From Bacillota bacterium (lineage in GTDB: Bacteria > Bacillota > DTU025), in assembly GCA_050951805.1 (NCBI GenBank), contig JBMNJT010000002.1, forward strand, positions 32,001 through 96,000: a stretch of DNA of 64,000 nucleotides, in the 5' to 3' direction. Made by a program: the position numbers and the translations under genes. Under the pieces are notes generated by a model. That model was given only the letters and a program-made list of their open reading frames with translations. It ran no database searches and had not been told where the DNA came from. This document shows, piece after piece, positions 29,701-38,777 of the stretch (position 1 is its first letter; every line of letters starts with the position of its first letter).

Positions 29701-29904
29701 ACGATGTTCATAGATGAAGGCTTTGGCGCTCTTGACCCTGAATCGCTCGATCTTGCTCTCGACACCCTGATCGATCTGCAGCGCGACAGCGGGAGGCTCG
29801 TAGGCGTGATCTCGCACGTTCCTGAGCTTGAGGAGAGGATAGACGCCAGACTCGAGGTGAGCATGACGGAGACTGGAAGCACGACAAGATTTGTGGTGGG
29901 GTGA
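26773..29904 (+). CDS. sbcC: Exonuclease SbcCD subunit C (SMC-like ATPase)
   Basis: GPTGSGKT, LPQGQF, Zn hook CPVCGS, LSGGE, FIDEGFG, long coiled coils. Confidence 0.95.
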   Translation: MRPIRLSMQAFGPYAGEEVVDFRELEGRSFFLIHGPTGSGKTAILDAICFALYGKTSGAERDGSDMRSHYADDSTPTVVIFDFAVGQKKYRVQRSPSYEVAGRKTPIGPDATLWDRTGIDSEDEVSDEGRVLATGVKSVTFEVEEILGFKADQFRQVVLLPQGQFRQALTADSAERRGIMEILFGTEPYRQIEAALKDEARSLQDKLEQAKDRRDTLLKQTDAESVDELKAACEEMCEKCAMAKRTEEEMKEKAGKAAGALEKGRADAGKIEEASAAAAAVAELKKREAEIAAMRDERDAARRALACASAEGLYAAAEETVEAGIKAAEDANRKLAEAKELAEKAREKLEEEKSPKRAEERENAEKVVMRLESLGDKVAAIDEARSAAAEASLAAKSAAGLAEEAGRNKGKLNSKLKEAKSQLKRVQKEAPEALRWETVARETRQTLDRLQRRRELEADLEKANEEALEAADAAENAEKALATEKKDLERLQDSWMAGQAAALAMSLKPGMPCPVCGSLEHPKPACVEMEGPDGVGSAQDAEVAVLSQDAIEAARERVRLAEEDYRRLQRIAADAAQVVAEVKGRLGAWEVGIEPKEGESLSQQVQRIGAELAEAEKRAEEAVAAAKRADSLEQQINDMEEQLVRAEEELAQAEKARSEAEARLAAAKARVEEREADVPVELRAPDALERALAEAETARNRLLKALEEAEKASQAAEQALAAAKSEKGAADRAVEKAVTVKKRRMGEFAARVAEAGFADISAYRASKRSEQQLDALEKAIDGFDQQMHAATVRLARAEEAAAGIESPDLETLEAEAKRLAQASDDAVAARAQLESEADAMQKLVKALEALSQEMAGLEEEYGVVVRIAYVAGGKKPNKLGMNFETFILASMLDKVADAATRRLQVMSKGRYSLRRTLDRKTARSAGGLELEVFDMYTGRERSVTTLSGGEGFMASLSLALGLADVVQAYAGGIHLDTMFIDEGFGALDPESLDLALDTLIDLQRDSGRLVGVISHVPELEERIDARLEVSMTETGSTTRFVVG

Positions 29905-30033
29905 AGTGCGGGTTGTCAACAAACCTGGCCAACTTCCAAACCCATCCCATTTGTGGACAGGTTCAAATGCATAAACCGGCCTTCACTGGCAAAAGACAGT
30001 CCAACGGGTGTCGATAGGCTGCTTCTGAGATTT
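29903..30033 (+). repeat. Dispersed intergenic repeat, copy A
   Basis: Aligns with the reverse complement of 44138-44291: GGGTTGTCAACAAACCTGGCCAACTTCC...GCATAAACCGGCC...ATAGGCTGCTTCTGAG. Confidence 0.8.
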
Positions 30034-30297
30034 GTCCGGAAGTGTGCAGGCAAAACCCAAAATCCGGCTGTGCTGATTACTTGACCTGCCTTTGCTCAAA
30101 AACTAGCTGCGCTCTCCAAAACACGCCCCGAGTCTGTTCGGCAATGAAAAAAGTGCATAAGTTGATCACCGTGCTCGAGGGCGATACGGGGCCAGTGGGC
30201 TTTGGTAACTGTGTTCTGAATATATGAGCCGCCGCGTCTTAAGGAGTGGTGCAGATAGAGTCTGAGGTACGCAGGTTGAACTGCAGCCGTGAAATAC

Positions 30298-30326
30298 TCA
30301 CCGGGCTTTTGAGGAAAGCCCGGTGA
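30298..30326. terminator. Perfect 12-bp hairpin between convergent sbcC and pmbA
   Basis: TCACCGGGCTTT-TGAGG-AAAGCCCGGTGA. Confidence 0.5.
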
Positions 30327-30448
30327 TATGGGAACCGAGAATTACCGCGCCGGAGAAATATCAAATCAGGAAAGGGCAGGGGGCGAAATTGCCCCCTATT
30401 GTTCTATTTTGCCTGCTATTGGCGCCCGGCGGGCTTTGCTATCCGCAG

Positions 30449-31819
30449 CTACTTGCCTGTTATGGAGCACCCCTCAATCTGGATGTAAGGCATTCTTGAG
30501 CCGCCAACATCGACGTATTCACGCGATACGTCCACGACCTGTCTGAGGAGGTCGTAGATGTTGCCTGAGATCATGACCTCTTTGACCGGACACACGATTT
30601 TGCCCGCTTCTATGTAATGCCCTCCCTTTACCAGGCCCGAGAAGTCACCGCTCACAGGGTCAACATTCCCTGAGAACCTGCTCACCAGCAGTCCCTTGGA
30701 ACAGCCCGCTATCATCTCGTCCAGTGAGTGTTTGCCGGATGCAACGACGAAGTTCGTCGTGGAAATGCCTGGAACAGTATGGTCGCTGCCTGCTGCGCGC
30801 CCATTGGAGGCGACGCCATCTTTTTTAGCAGTATAGCAGTTATAGAGGTAATGGTTGAGCGTGCCTTCGCTTACGAGCTGCAAAGCAGCGGGCGGCACCC
30901 CTTCGCGGTCAAATGAGGTGGACCCTGCCGCTTTGGGAAGCTTGGGATCATCAGTCACTGAAATCACCGGCGACATTACCTCGGTGCCCAACATGCCCGC
31001 CCATTTGGATCTCCCGTTCTGCACATTCTGGGCATTGCATGAGAACGATATGGGTTCGGCTATTAGATCGTAGCCTGCGTAGGGAGTGATGATCACGTCC
31101 CCTTTGAAACTCGGCACGGTAGTGGCCCCGAGCGAAGCGACGACTTTCTCGGCCAGTTTGCGTCCTATGGCTGTAGGATCGATTTCGTCCTTCCTGCACG
31201 TGACCGCAACTTCCAAATCAAAAGATGACACTTCTTTTTCGTCCCTGGCAAACCCCATAGCTAGGCAGGTGAAGACAGAATCTTTTTCAACGAGCCTGAT
31301 GCCCTTGGAGTTGACAATGGCTTTCTCAGTGATGTCCACCATATACTGCGCTGAATCCAAAGTAACTCTGGGATCGAAGGCACGAGCTGAGTTCACAAGC
31401 GCTAACCCCTGCTCTACTGCGTCTTCAAGGCTCATGGTTTCAGCAGATTCGTCGTATCGGCCGGGAACCGGCTCGATCGCGGACGGCTCAGGCATCCAGT
31501 GATTGGGATCATCAGGCGACGCATTCGCTATTGCTATCGCGGCCAGGAGCGTCTCCTCAAGCGAGTCGGGGGAGAGCATGTTCGTGGCGGCAAAGCCTTG
31601 TTTTGCTCCGCCCTTGCCGTAAAGGAGCACGCGTATGCCCAGGCCGTCATAGTCGTCGCCCTTGGGTACCTGCAGGTCGTTTTTTTCGAATACTGCCCCA
31701 AGTTGTCTGGACTTGATGTAGAACACTTCTGCATCGTCGGCGCCCATCTTGCGCGCACGTTCTACCAGGCTGTCACAGAGCTCGAGTTCCTTCAATGTTT
31801 CGCTCCCTCCTCTACTCAT
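30449..31819 (-). CDS. pmbA: TldD/PmbA family protein (PmbA/TldE-like subunit)
   Basis: GADDAEVF, GLGIRV, FDREGVP, SGDFSG. No HExxxH. Coupled to tldD. Confidence 0.88.
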   Translation of the reverse strand: MSRGGSETLKELELCDSLVERARKMGADDAEVFYIKSRQLGAVFEKNDLQVPKGDDYDGLGIRVLLYGKGGAKQGFAATNMLSPDSLEETLLAAIAIANASPDDPNHWMPEPSAIEPVPGRYDESAETMSLEDAVEQGLALVNSARAFDPRVTLDSAQYMVDITEKAIVNSKGIRLVEKDSVFTCLAMGFARDEKEVSSFDLEVAVTCRKDEIDPTAIGRKLAEKVVASLGATTVPSFKGDVIITPYAGYDLIAEPISFSCNAQNVQNGRSKWAGMLGTEVMSPVISVTDDPKLPKAAGSTSFDREGVPPAALQLVSEGTLNHYLYNCYTAKKDGVASNGRAAGSDHTVPGISTTNFVVASGKHSLDEMIAGCSKGLLVSRFSGNVDPVSGDFSGLVKGGHYIEAGKIVCPVKEVMISGNIYDLLRQVVDVSREYVDVGGSRMPYIQIEGCSITGK

Positions 31820-33188
31820 GGCGTCCTCCAACGGTTACACGACAACGCAGATAAGGCCCTCCAGCGTCCACCTTGGCAGCTTGGAATTTGCCGCAGTGTC
31901 CTGCGCCCATCGCCATCTCAAAATCGGAGGATACTGCATCGACGCTCTCAAGAACATCAAATGCCTGGCCGGAGATGGTGATGCCCTTGACCATCTCTCC
32001 AACCTTCCCGTCCACTATTCGGTAGGCCTCGGCGACGCCGAACATGAACTCTGCCGTGGCGTCGGCCTGGCCGCCCTGACCAAGTTCCTTAAGAAAGAAC
32101 CCGTCGTCTATCCCGGCAATCATCTCGTCTAAGTTGTCCTCGCCGGGTAGTATGAAAGTGTTAGTCATTCTGATTATGGGCTCATCGCGATAAGTGAAGG
32201 CCCGCGCATTGCCCTTTGGCTCCATTCCGAAGGCTGCTGCTGATTCGCGGGAATGCAGGTAATCTCTGAGGATGCCATGGTCGATGATGACCGTGCGCTT
32301 TCCGGCCACACCCTCATCATCCACCAAAACCATTCCGGCGGCGCCGGCTACAGTCCCGTCGTCCACCATGGTCACCAGCTCCGAGGCTACTTCCTTCCCG
32401 ATCTTGCCATTGGCAACCGAACCGCTCATCACGAAATCGGCTTCTACGGTGTGGCCTATGGCCTCATGCGATAGGACTCCAACGAGCCCCGGGTCGAGTA
32501 TGACTATGTACTGTCCGCCTTTGGCATACTCCGCATCGAGCTTCTTTACGGCCAGGTCCACAGCTTCATCCACAAGTGTGTTGAGGTCGCCCTTGCGCAT
32601 CAAATCAGCCCAGGAGCCTGTAACGCCAGCGCTCTTGATCGCCGTTTCAAGCTGGCCATCGCGCCCGGCAGTGGCGAACACATGGAAGCTGGGCTTGTTA
32701 TCGAGCACATGGACGGCGGACCCGTCTGAGGTGACTATGTACTTCTCGTCTTCATACTGTGTATACCTTGTAATGCTGCCTACAATGAGAGGAGATCGCT
32801 CGCGAAGGCGCTTTTCGGCCTCAAGGAGTGCGCGAATCTTCTCTGCGATGTCGGGCTCCTCGGTTGCATCGTAGTAGACGAGCTTTCCTTGGGCAGGTTC
32901 AACAGCAGCCAGTTGAGCTTTGTCTTTCCGGACTGCCGCTCCGGCCCGGGCTGCGGCTTGGGCTTCAGATAGAGCCTTTTTCAGCCCCGACTCGGTCACG
33001 TCGTTAGTGGAGACAAATCCCCATCCTCCGTCCGCTAAAACTCTGATACCTGCCCCCGCCAGGGTCCTATGCTCCACCTTTGTGAGCGCGCCATTTCGGG
33101 CTTCGATGATATCCTGAATGCGCTTGTGATATCTGATTTCTGCGTAGTCGTTGCAGCCTGAGATGACTGACTTTAACAAATCTAGCAT
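31812..33188 (-). CDS. tldD: TldD metalloprotease subunit
   Basis: HEAIGHTVEAD metal motif, DDEGV, RMTNTF, CGK. RBS AGGAGG. Confidence 0.92.
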   Translation of the reverse strand: MLDLLKSVISGCNDYAEIRYHKRIQDIIEARNGALTKVEHRTLAGAGIRVLADGGWGFVSTNDVTESGLKKALSEAQAAARAGAAVRKDKAQLAAVEPAQGKLVYYDATEEPDIAEKIRALLEAEKRLRERSPLIVGSITRYTQYEDEKYIVTSDGSAVHVLDNKPSFHVFATAGRDGQLETAIKSAGVTGSWADLMRKGDLNTLVDEAVDLAVKKLDAEYAKGGQYIVILDPGLVGVLSHEAIGHTVEADFVMSGSVANGKIGKEVASELVTMVDDGTVAGAAGMVLVDDEGVAGKRTVIIDHGILRDYLHSRESAAAFGMEPKGNARAFTYRDEPIIRMTNTFILPGEDNLDEMIAGIDDGFFLKELGQGGQADATAEFMFGVAEAYRIVDGKVGEMVKGITISGQAFDVLESVDAVSSDFEMAMGAGHCGKFQAAKVDAGGPYLRCRVTVGGRHE

Positions 33189-33411
33189 TACATCACCCTC
33201 CTTGAATAAGTACTGTCTTCGGTTCGGGGCGCAATAGCTGGGTGAACAGGGTCGAACCGAAGATGCTGGGAAGTGCCGAGTGCTTTCAGGGAGCGCGGAT
33301 GCCCGAAAACCATGTCACATCGCCACACCACGACGTTGCCGCAAAATGGTCAGTGCAGGGAGGCGCGTTCACTGGGGAGGCTGCGCCTGCGCCGGTCTAG
33401 CCGGCGATACA

Positions 33412-33625
33412 TCACCTGCCCGGTAAAGAGCGGGAGTTCTGCGGGTTTGACAATGCGTCCTCTAACTCCGTTAAGGTATGTATCATCGTGATTTCCGGTA
33501 ATGTCAGGTTTTCATCTTTCCCTTTCAGCCAGATGCTGTCCGTGCCCGCCCCTATGCAAGGGAGTACATCTATTTTGATATTATCTCCTACATAGACGCG
33601 ATTTCAAATATCAACATTAACTCTT
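33412..33625 (-). pseudogene. C-terminal remnant of a HAD-family hydrolase
   Basis: Minus frame reads VYVGDNIKIDVLPCIGAGTDSIWL...IHTLTELEDAL (HAD motif IV GDxxxxD). An in-frame stop lies just upstream and there is no start. Confidence 0.55.
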
Positions 33626-33912
33626 CTCCGACCTCTGTCCTTCGAGTTTTCGGAAAGAAGATTCACTTCATAATAACGTCTGTAGAGTCTCAATTGTTTG
33701 CCGGCTGAGATGGTTTTGACAACATGCTAGAACTGCTTGAGGAAAGCGAGCGCGCGCTCTTGAGCCTTTTTGCCCCCGAGCGGCTTGTAGAAGCATCCTA
33801 CAGCGTCGCGCCTGCCCCTCCTGAGAAGAATCCCTGATGCTCTTCCTGCAATGGCCGGATGTACGGTAAGATGGTGTTGAAAGATGCACTTGGAATGAGG
33901 AGGGGCGGGTGA

Positions 33913-34389
33913 ATGGCTGACAAGGCTGAAGTTTTAAACGATGTACTGGTAAAGCTGTTCAACAAGATATTGTCGATCGAGGAAGAGGCGATAACGAAGG
34001 CAGCCGCTTTAGGGGTTACGATGTCTGAAATCCATGTCATCGAGGCAATAGGTACGGATGAGCCCAAGTCGATGTCGGAAGTCGCCTCAACCTTAGGCGT
34101 AACAATGGGCACGCTAACTGCTTCTGTCAACAGATTGGTTCACAAAGGCCATGTTTCGCGGTTCCGTCCGGAGGAAGATCGGCGCGTTGTTCTTGTGACC
34201 CTCACCGAGGATGGTCGTCTTGCTCATTCAATCCATGAGAGGTTTCATAGGCGGATGATCAATGGGATATTGCAGGATCTTGATGAGGAGAGCCAAGATG
34301 CTATCATAGTGGCTGCTGAGAAGCTATACGAGTTTTTCGAACGGGTGAAGCCTGAAGACTTGCTGCTGGATAACGATTCCCGGCAGTGA
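33913..34389 (+). CDS. MarR-family transcriptional regulator (FabT-like)
   Basis: wHTH LGVTMGTLTASVNRLVHKGHV...DRRVVLVTLT.DG. Precedes fabH. Confidence 0.9.
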   Translation: MADKAEVLNDVLVKLFNKILSIEEEAITKAAALGVTMSEIHVIEAIGTDEPKSMSEVASTLGVTMGTLTASVNRLVHKGHVSRFRPEEDRRVVLVTLTEDGRLAHSIHERFHRRMINGILQDLDEESQDAIIVAAEKLYEFFERVKPEDLLLDNDSRQ

Positions 34390-34434
34390 CCCCAATGTTC
34401 TGTCCCCAAGACATTTTGCCCCCATCAATTGCAC

Positions 34435-34476
34435 TTGACAACGTCTTGCTTTGGCCTTAAACTTTGAATAACAAAC
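34435..34476 (+). promoter_or_regulatory. fab operon promoter with an overlapping FabT-like operator
   Basis: TTGACA(34435)-17-TAAACT(34458). Imperfect palindrome CTTTGAATAACAAAC over the -10/+1 region. Confidence 0.55.
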
Positions 34477-34569
34477 AATTTGAAGCACAAAGTAAAGAAC
34501 GCGGCATGCTGCTTTCTGGTCTTGGGCGAACCTCCAAGGCAGGAGCGGCAGGCCTCGGGGGCATGCAAG

Positions 34570-35559
34570 ATGTACACAAAGATCCTGGGAACCGGAAGCG
34601 CACTTCCGAAACAACGCGTAACCAATGAGGATCTGGCTATGCTCGTCGATACGTCGAACGAGTGGATAACGTCACGCACCGGCATATCGGAGCGACGGAT
34701 ATCCACTGGAGAGAGCGCGTCATACCTGGCTGCAGAAGCGGCAGCCAAGGCTCTTGCAGACGCTGATGTGGAGCCTTCTCAAATAGACCTGGTGATGTCG
34801 GCCACAGTATCACCTGACAACTTCACTCCGACTGTGTCGTGCGAGGCGCAGAAGGCCTTGGGCCTTTCGCGGGCGACATGCTTTGACTTGTGGGCGGGAT
34901 GCACCGGGTTTATCTTTTCTCTAATGACAGCCGATGCGCTGGTGAAATCGGGCCTCTTCTCGCATGCGCTCGTGATCGGCGTTGAAGTTCTTTCAAAACT
35001 GGTCGACTGGCAAGATCGTAGCACATGCGTCCTCTTCGGAGACGGGGCGGGAGCAGTGGTGTTAAGCTCTTCCAGCCAGCCAGGCCTTGTGACTCATGTA
35101 TCCGGCTCTGATGGAACCCGAGGCGACGTCCTCACGATAGCCGGTATCCCACTGGCTAATCCGTGGATGGCTCAACATGTTGGGGAGTTGGAGACAGGCT
35201 CCCAGAGCGTGATCTGCATGAATGGCCAGGAAGTCTTCAAGTTTGCAGTCAAAACCATGGAATCGTCTATACGCCGCGTAGTGGAGCTGTCAGGCTCTAG
35301 CCTTCACGACATTTCCTACATCATTCCCCACCAGGCCAACAACAGAATCATAGAATCGGTTGCGGGCAGGATGAAAATCCCCCGCGAAAAATTCTTCACA
35401 AACCTCGATCACAGAGGGAATACGTCCTCCGCCAGCATTCCGATGGCCCTGGATGAGATGAATCGAGCGGGCCTGCTCTTGCCCGGAATGCATCTGGTGC
35501 TTGTGGGGTTTGGCGGAGGTCTGACGTGGGGCGCAAGTATGGTTCGATGGACGCGGTAA
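34570..35559 (+). CDS. fabH: 3-oxoacyl-ACP synthase III
   Basis: EWITSRTGI, AGCTGF, LFGDGAGA, PHQAN, GNTSSAS, GFGGGLTWG. Confidence 0.96.
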   Translation: MYTKILGTGSALPKQRVTNEDLAMLVDTSNEWITSRTGISERRISTGESASYLAAEAAAKALADADVEPSQIDLVMSATVSPDNFTPTVSCEAQKALGLSRATCFDLWAGCTGFIFSLMTADALVKSGLFSHALVIGVEVLSKLVDWQDRSTCVLFGDGAGAVVLSSSSQPGLVTHVSGSDGTRGDVLTIAGIPLANPWMAQHVGELETGSQSVICMNGQEVFKFAVKTMESSIRRVVELSGSSLHDISYIIPHQANNRIIESVAGRMKIPREKFFTNLDHRGNTSSASIPMALDEMNRAGLLLPGMHLVLVGFGGGLTWGASMVRWTR

Positions 35560-35642
35560 TGATAAGGCTCCGTTGAAGGGGCGACAGTACCTTGACCTAA
35601 CGAGAAAGAAGAGAGAGCCGCAAGGCTGAGGAGGGTTATTAT

Positions 35643-35882
35643 ATGACATTGGATGAATTGAAGGCGATCATCTCCGATCAGCTGGAGGTATCCCCGGAAG
35701 AAATATCGACTGGAACCAGATTCGTTCAGGATCTAGGAGCCGACTCCCTCGACATGGTGGAACTGATCATGTCGATCGAGGAGAAGCTTGGGGTCCGCAT
35801 AGAGCAGCAGGAAGTGAAGGACATGGTTACCGTGGGAGATGTGGTGTCGTACATCGAGGCGCACAAGCAGGCTGTGAAGTAG
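35643..35882 (+). CDS. acpP: Acyl carrier protein
   Basis: DLGADSLDMVEL phosphopantetheine site. Confidence 0.96.
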   Translation: MTLDELKAIISDQLEVSPEEISTGTRFVQDLGADSLDMVELIMSIEEKLGVRIEQQEVKDMVTVGDVVSYIEAHKQAVK

Positions 35883-35918
35883 GCGGGCCGGATATGGTAT
35901 GAGGTGGGTGATGTAAGG

Positions 35919-36893
35919 ATGCCTGTGAGGCGCCTGGGAGAGAAGCTGACGCATCTTTTTGGCATAGAGTATCCGGTGCTGCAGGGCGGAATGGCTTGGG
36001 TGGCCGATGCGCGGCTGGCGGCTTCGGTGTCGAACGCCGGAGGACTTGGGATTATTGCATCGGCTCACTTGTCCCCCGATGAGCTTCGGGAAGAGATCGA
36101 ATTGGCTAGAAGCTTCGCCGGCAGTCATCCTCTGGGAGTCAACATAATGCTGGCAAGCCCGAATGCTATGAATGTCGCGAGGGTGTGCCGTGAGAAGAAA
36201 GTCGAGGTCGTGACGACCGGTGCTGGCCATCCAGGCGAGTTGATAGGGGAAATGAAGGATGCGGGCATCTTGGTCATCCCGTTGGTGGCTTCAACGGCTC
36301 AGGCTAAAAGAGCAGTGGCTGCGGGCGCTGATGCCGTGATAGCAGAGGGTTACGAGGCCGGAGGGCATATAGGCGAGTTGACCACTATGGCTTTGACGCC
36401 TCAGGTAGTCGACTCGGTCGATGTGCCGGTGGTGGCTGCAGGGGGTATCGCCGATGGCCGTGGCATGGCTGCCGCCTTTTGCCTGGGCGCTTCAGGGGTC
36501 CAGGTAGGCACCGCATTCCTTGCGGCTCGCGAATGCACTGTCCATAGCAACTACAAGCGCAAGGTGCTGCAGGCCAAGGACTCAGACACTCAGGTTACAG
36601 GGCGCAGCCTGGGGCATCCTGTGCGCGTGCTGAAGAATCGATTCTCGCGCGAATTTGCCCGCATGGAGCGCGAAGGCGCAGATCCCGACGGAATAACGGC
36701 TTATGGCATGGGCAGACTTGCTGCCGCTGTCCGTGATGGAGATGTGGAATGGGGCTCGGTTATGGCCGGCCAGATCGCGGGGCTTGTAACTGCGGAACGG
36801 ACGGCTGAGGAGATCGTGCGCGGTCTCGTGGAAGATGCCGCGCGTGTCCTGGAATCGTTGCGAGTATGCCAAAAAGGGGAGTGTTGCCCTTGA
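35919..36893 (+). CDS. fabK: Enoyl-ACP reductase II (FabK)
   Basis: YPVLQGGMAW, EAGGHIG, AAGGIADGRG, MAGQIAG. Inside the fab operon. Confidence 0.9.
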   Translation: MPVRRLGEKLTHLFGIEYPVLQGGMAWVADARLAASVSNAGGLGIIASAHLSPDELREEIELARSFAGSHPLGVNIMLASPNAMNVARVCREKKVEVVTTGAGHPGELIGEMKDAGILVIPLVASTAQAKRAVAAGADAVIAEGYEAGGHIGELTTMALTPQVVDSVDVPVVAAGGIADGRGMAAAFCLGASGVQVGTAFLAARECTVHSNYKRKVLQAKDSDTQVTGRSLGHPVRVLKNRFSREFARMEREGADPDGITAYGMGRLAAAVRDGDVEWGSVMAGQIAGLVTAERTAEEIVRGLVEDAARVLESLRVCQKGECCP

Positions 36894-37963
36894 AGATAGC
36901 TTACGTCTTTCCCGGACAGGGAGCACAGTATCCGGGGATGGCCAAAGAAATCTACGATCAGTTCGCGTCGGCCCGTCAAGTCTTCAAGACTGCCAGCAGA
37001 ACTCTGGGCTACAGCATGGAGCGCCTGTGCTTTGAGGAAGGCGACAGACTGAACCTGACTGAGTATACTCAGCCTGCACTGGTCACTGCGAGCTGTGCGG
37101 TTCTGGCGGCTATGCACGAGTCCTTGAATCTTTCGGCGGATACTGCAGCAGGGCTAAGCCTGGGTGAGTATTCTGCGCTCGTTTGTGCAGGGGCAGTTGA
37201 TTTTGCCGACGCCGTGATGCTTGTCAGCAAGCGCGGACGGTTCATGCAGGAAGCCTGTCCGGCCGGCGCCGGTACAATGGCCACAGTTCTCGGACTCGAC
37301 CGCGACTGTGTGATAGACATATGCCTTGACGTACAGAAGGCAGGCGCAGGCATCGTTGAACCTGCCAATTTCAATTGCCCTGGGCAGATCGTCATCTCCG
37401 GCGAGACGGCAGCGGTGGAACGCGCGGCTGAGCTTGCTCAGTCGAGAGGCGCTCGCCGGGTGATAAGACTGAATGTATCAGGGCCTTTCCATTCGAGCCT
37501 GCTTTCTGCGGCGGGAACGCGCCTCCGCAGCGAACTTGCGCAGGTGGATATCACAAGCCCTACAATCCCAGTGTATTCCAATGTGGCCGCGAGACCTTCA
37601 ATGGACCCGGATGAAATCCGGGAGTTGCTTGTGAGGCAGGTGGCCAGTCCCGTACTGTGGGAGCAGACTGTTGCCAACATGGCTGAAGCTGGAATAGACG
37701 TTTTCATCGAGGTTGGCCCGGGCAGAACGCTTACAGGCCTTGTGAAGAAGACTGTGCCCCATGCGGTGGCGATGAACGTGGGAGACTTGTCTTCCCTTGA
37801 GGCGCTCAGAGAGTTTTTGGCCGAGCATGCATCCGGGCATCTTCCCTCTCAGGTAGCGCAGGTTGCGGCTGCAGCACCTAAAACGGAGCCCGCGTCCTTG
37901 CGAAAGGTTTCGTACGCAACCCAACCCGAGCTCGTGTCTTCTTCGAAGAGGGCATATCGATGA
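36890..37963 (+). CDS. fabD: Malonyl-CoA:ACP transacylase
   Basis: FPGQGAQ, GLSLGEY, ANFNCPGQ, SGPFHS, EVGPG. Has a ~45-aa C-terminal tail. Confidence 0.95.
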   Translation: MKIAYVFPGQGAQYPGMAKEIYDQFASARQVFKTASRTLGYSMERLCFEEGDRLNLTEYTQPALVTASCAVLAAMHESLNLSADTAAGLSLGEYSALVCAGAVDFADAVMLVSKRGRFMQEACPAGAGTMATVLGLDRDCVIDICLDVQKAGAGIVEPANFNCPGQIVISGETAAVERAAELAQSRGARRVIRLNVSGPFHSSLLSAAGTRLRSELAQVDITSPTIPVYSNVAARPSMDPDEIRELLVRQVASPVLWEQTVANMAEAGIDVFIEVGPGRTLTGLVKKTVPHAVAMNVGDLSSLEALREFLAEHASGHLPSQVAQVAAAAPKTEPASLRKVSYATQPELVSSSKRAYR

Positions 37964-38727
37964 CTGCGCCGAGACTGGACAACAGAGTAGCCCTTGTAAC
38001 AGGAGGGGCCCGGGGGATAGGCCTTGCCATTGCCCAACGGCTTGCCGCTGACGGCGCTCGCGTTGCCATCAATTATTGTTCCTCAGACCCTCAAGTGGTT
38101 GAAAAGGCCGTCATGTCTATTGAAAGCGCAGTGGCCGGGGCTGGGCAGAAAGTGCGGGCCTATAGGGCAGATGTGTCCAAACATGAAGAGGTTGGGCACA
38201 TGTTTGAGCAAGCAATGTCCGAGTTGGGCCGTCTCGATATCGTGGTAGCCAATTCGGGGATAACCCGCGACGACTTGGCTGTGCGGATGGAATCTCAGGC
38301 CTTCATGGACGTGATCGAGACGAATCTTCTCGGCGCTTTTCTCTGTGCCAAAGAGGCGGCCCGGGCCATGTTGCGGCAGCGATCAGGCAGGATCGTGCTG
38401 GTCTCGTCAATTGTCGGACTGGATGGAAATGCGGGACAGGCAAACTATGCTGCGAGTAAGGCCGGGCTTGTGGGGCTGGCAAAGTCGCTCGCTCGCGAAC
38501 TCGGGTCCCGCGGGATCACCGTGAACGTAGTCGCCCCTGGGTTCATCGACACCGACATGACGAGGGCCCTTCCAGAGAAGATGCGCGATTCGTGCATCGC
38601 CCGGGCTGCGCTCCGCAGGATCGGGTCGCCTCAGGAAGTGGCCGATGCCGTAGCGTTCCTCGCCTCTGAAGAGGCCAGCTACATCACGGGCCAGGTTCTT
38701 CGAGTAGACGGAGGGCTCGTTTTGTAA
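37960..38727 (+). CDS. fabG: 3-oxoacyl-ACP reductase
   Basis: TGGARGIG, GNAGQANYAASKAG, PGFIDTDM. Confidence 0.95.
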   Translation: MTAPRLDNRVALVTGGARGIGLAIAQRLAADGARVAINYCSSDPQVVEKAVMSIESAVAGAGQKVRAYRADVSKHEEVGHMFEQAMSELGRLDIVVANSGITRDDLAVRMESQAFMDVIETNLLGAFLCAKEAARAMLRQRSGRIVLVSSIVGLDGNAGQANYAASKAGLVGLAKSLARELGSRGITVNVVAPGFIDTDMTRALPEKMRDSCIARAALRRIGSPQEVADAVAFLASEEASYITGQVLRVDGGLVL

Positions 38728-38777
38728 CTTGATATTTCTCGGGTGCCCAGTATGCGGGCGTAATTGAGGTGTTTGTT

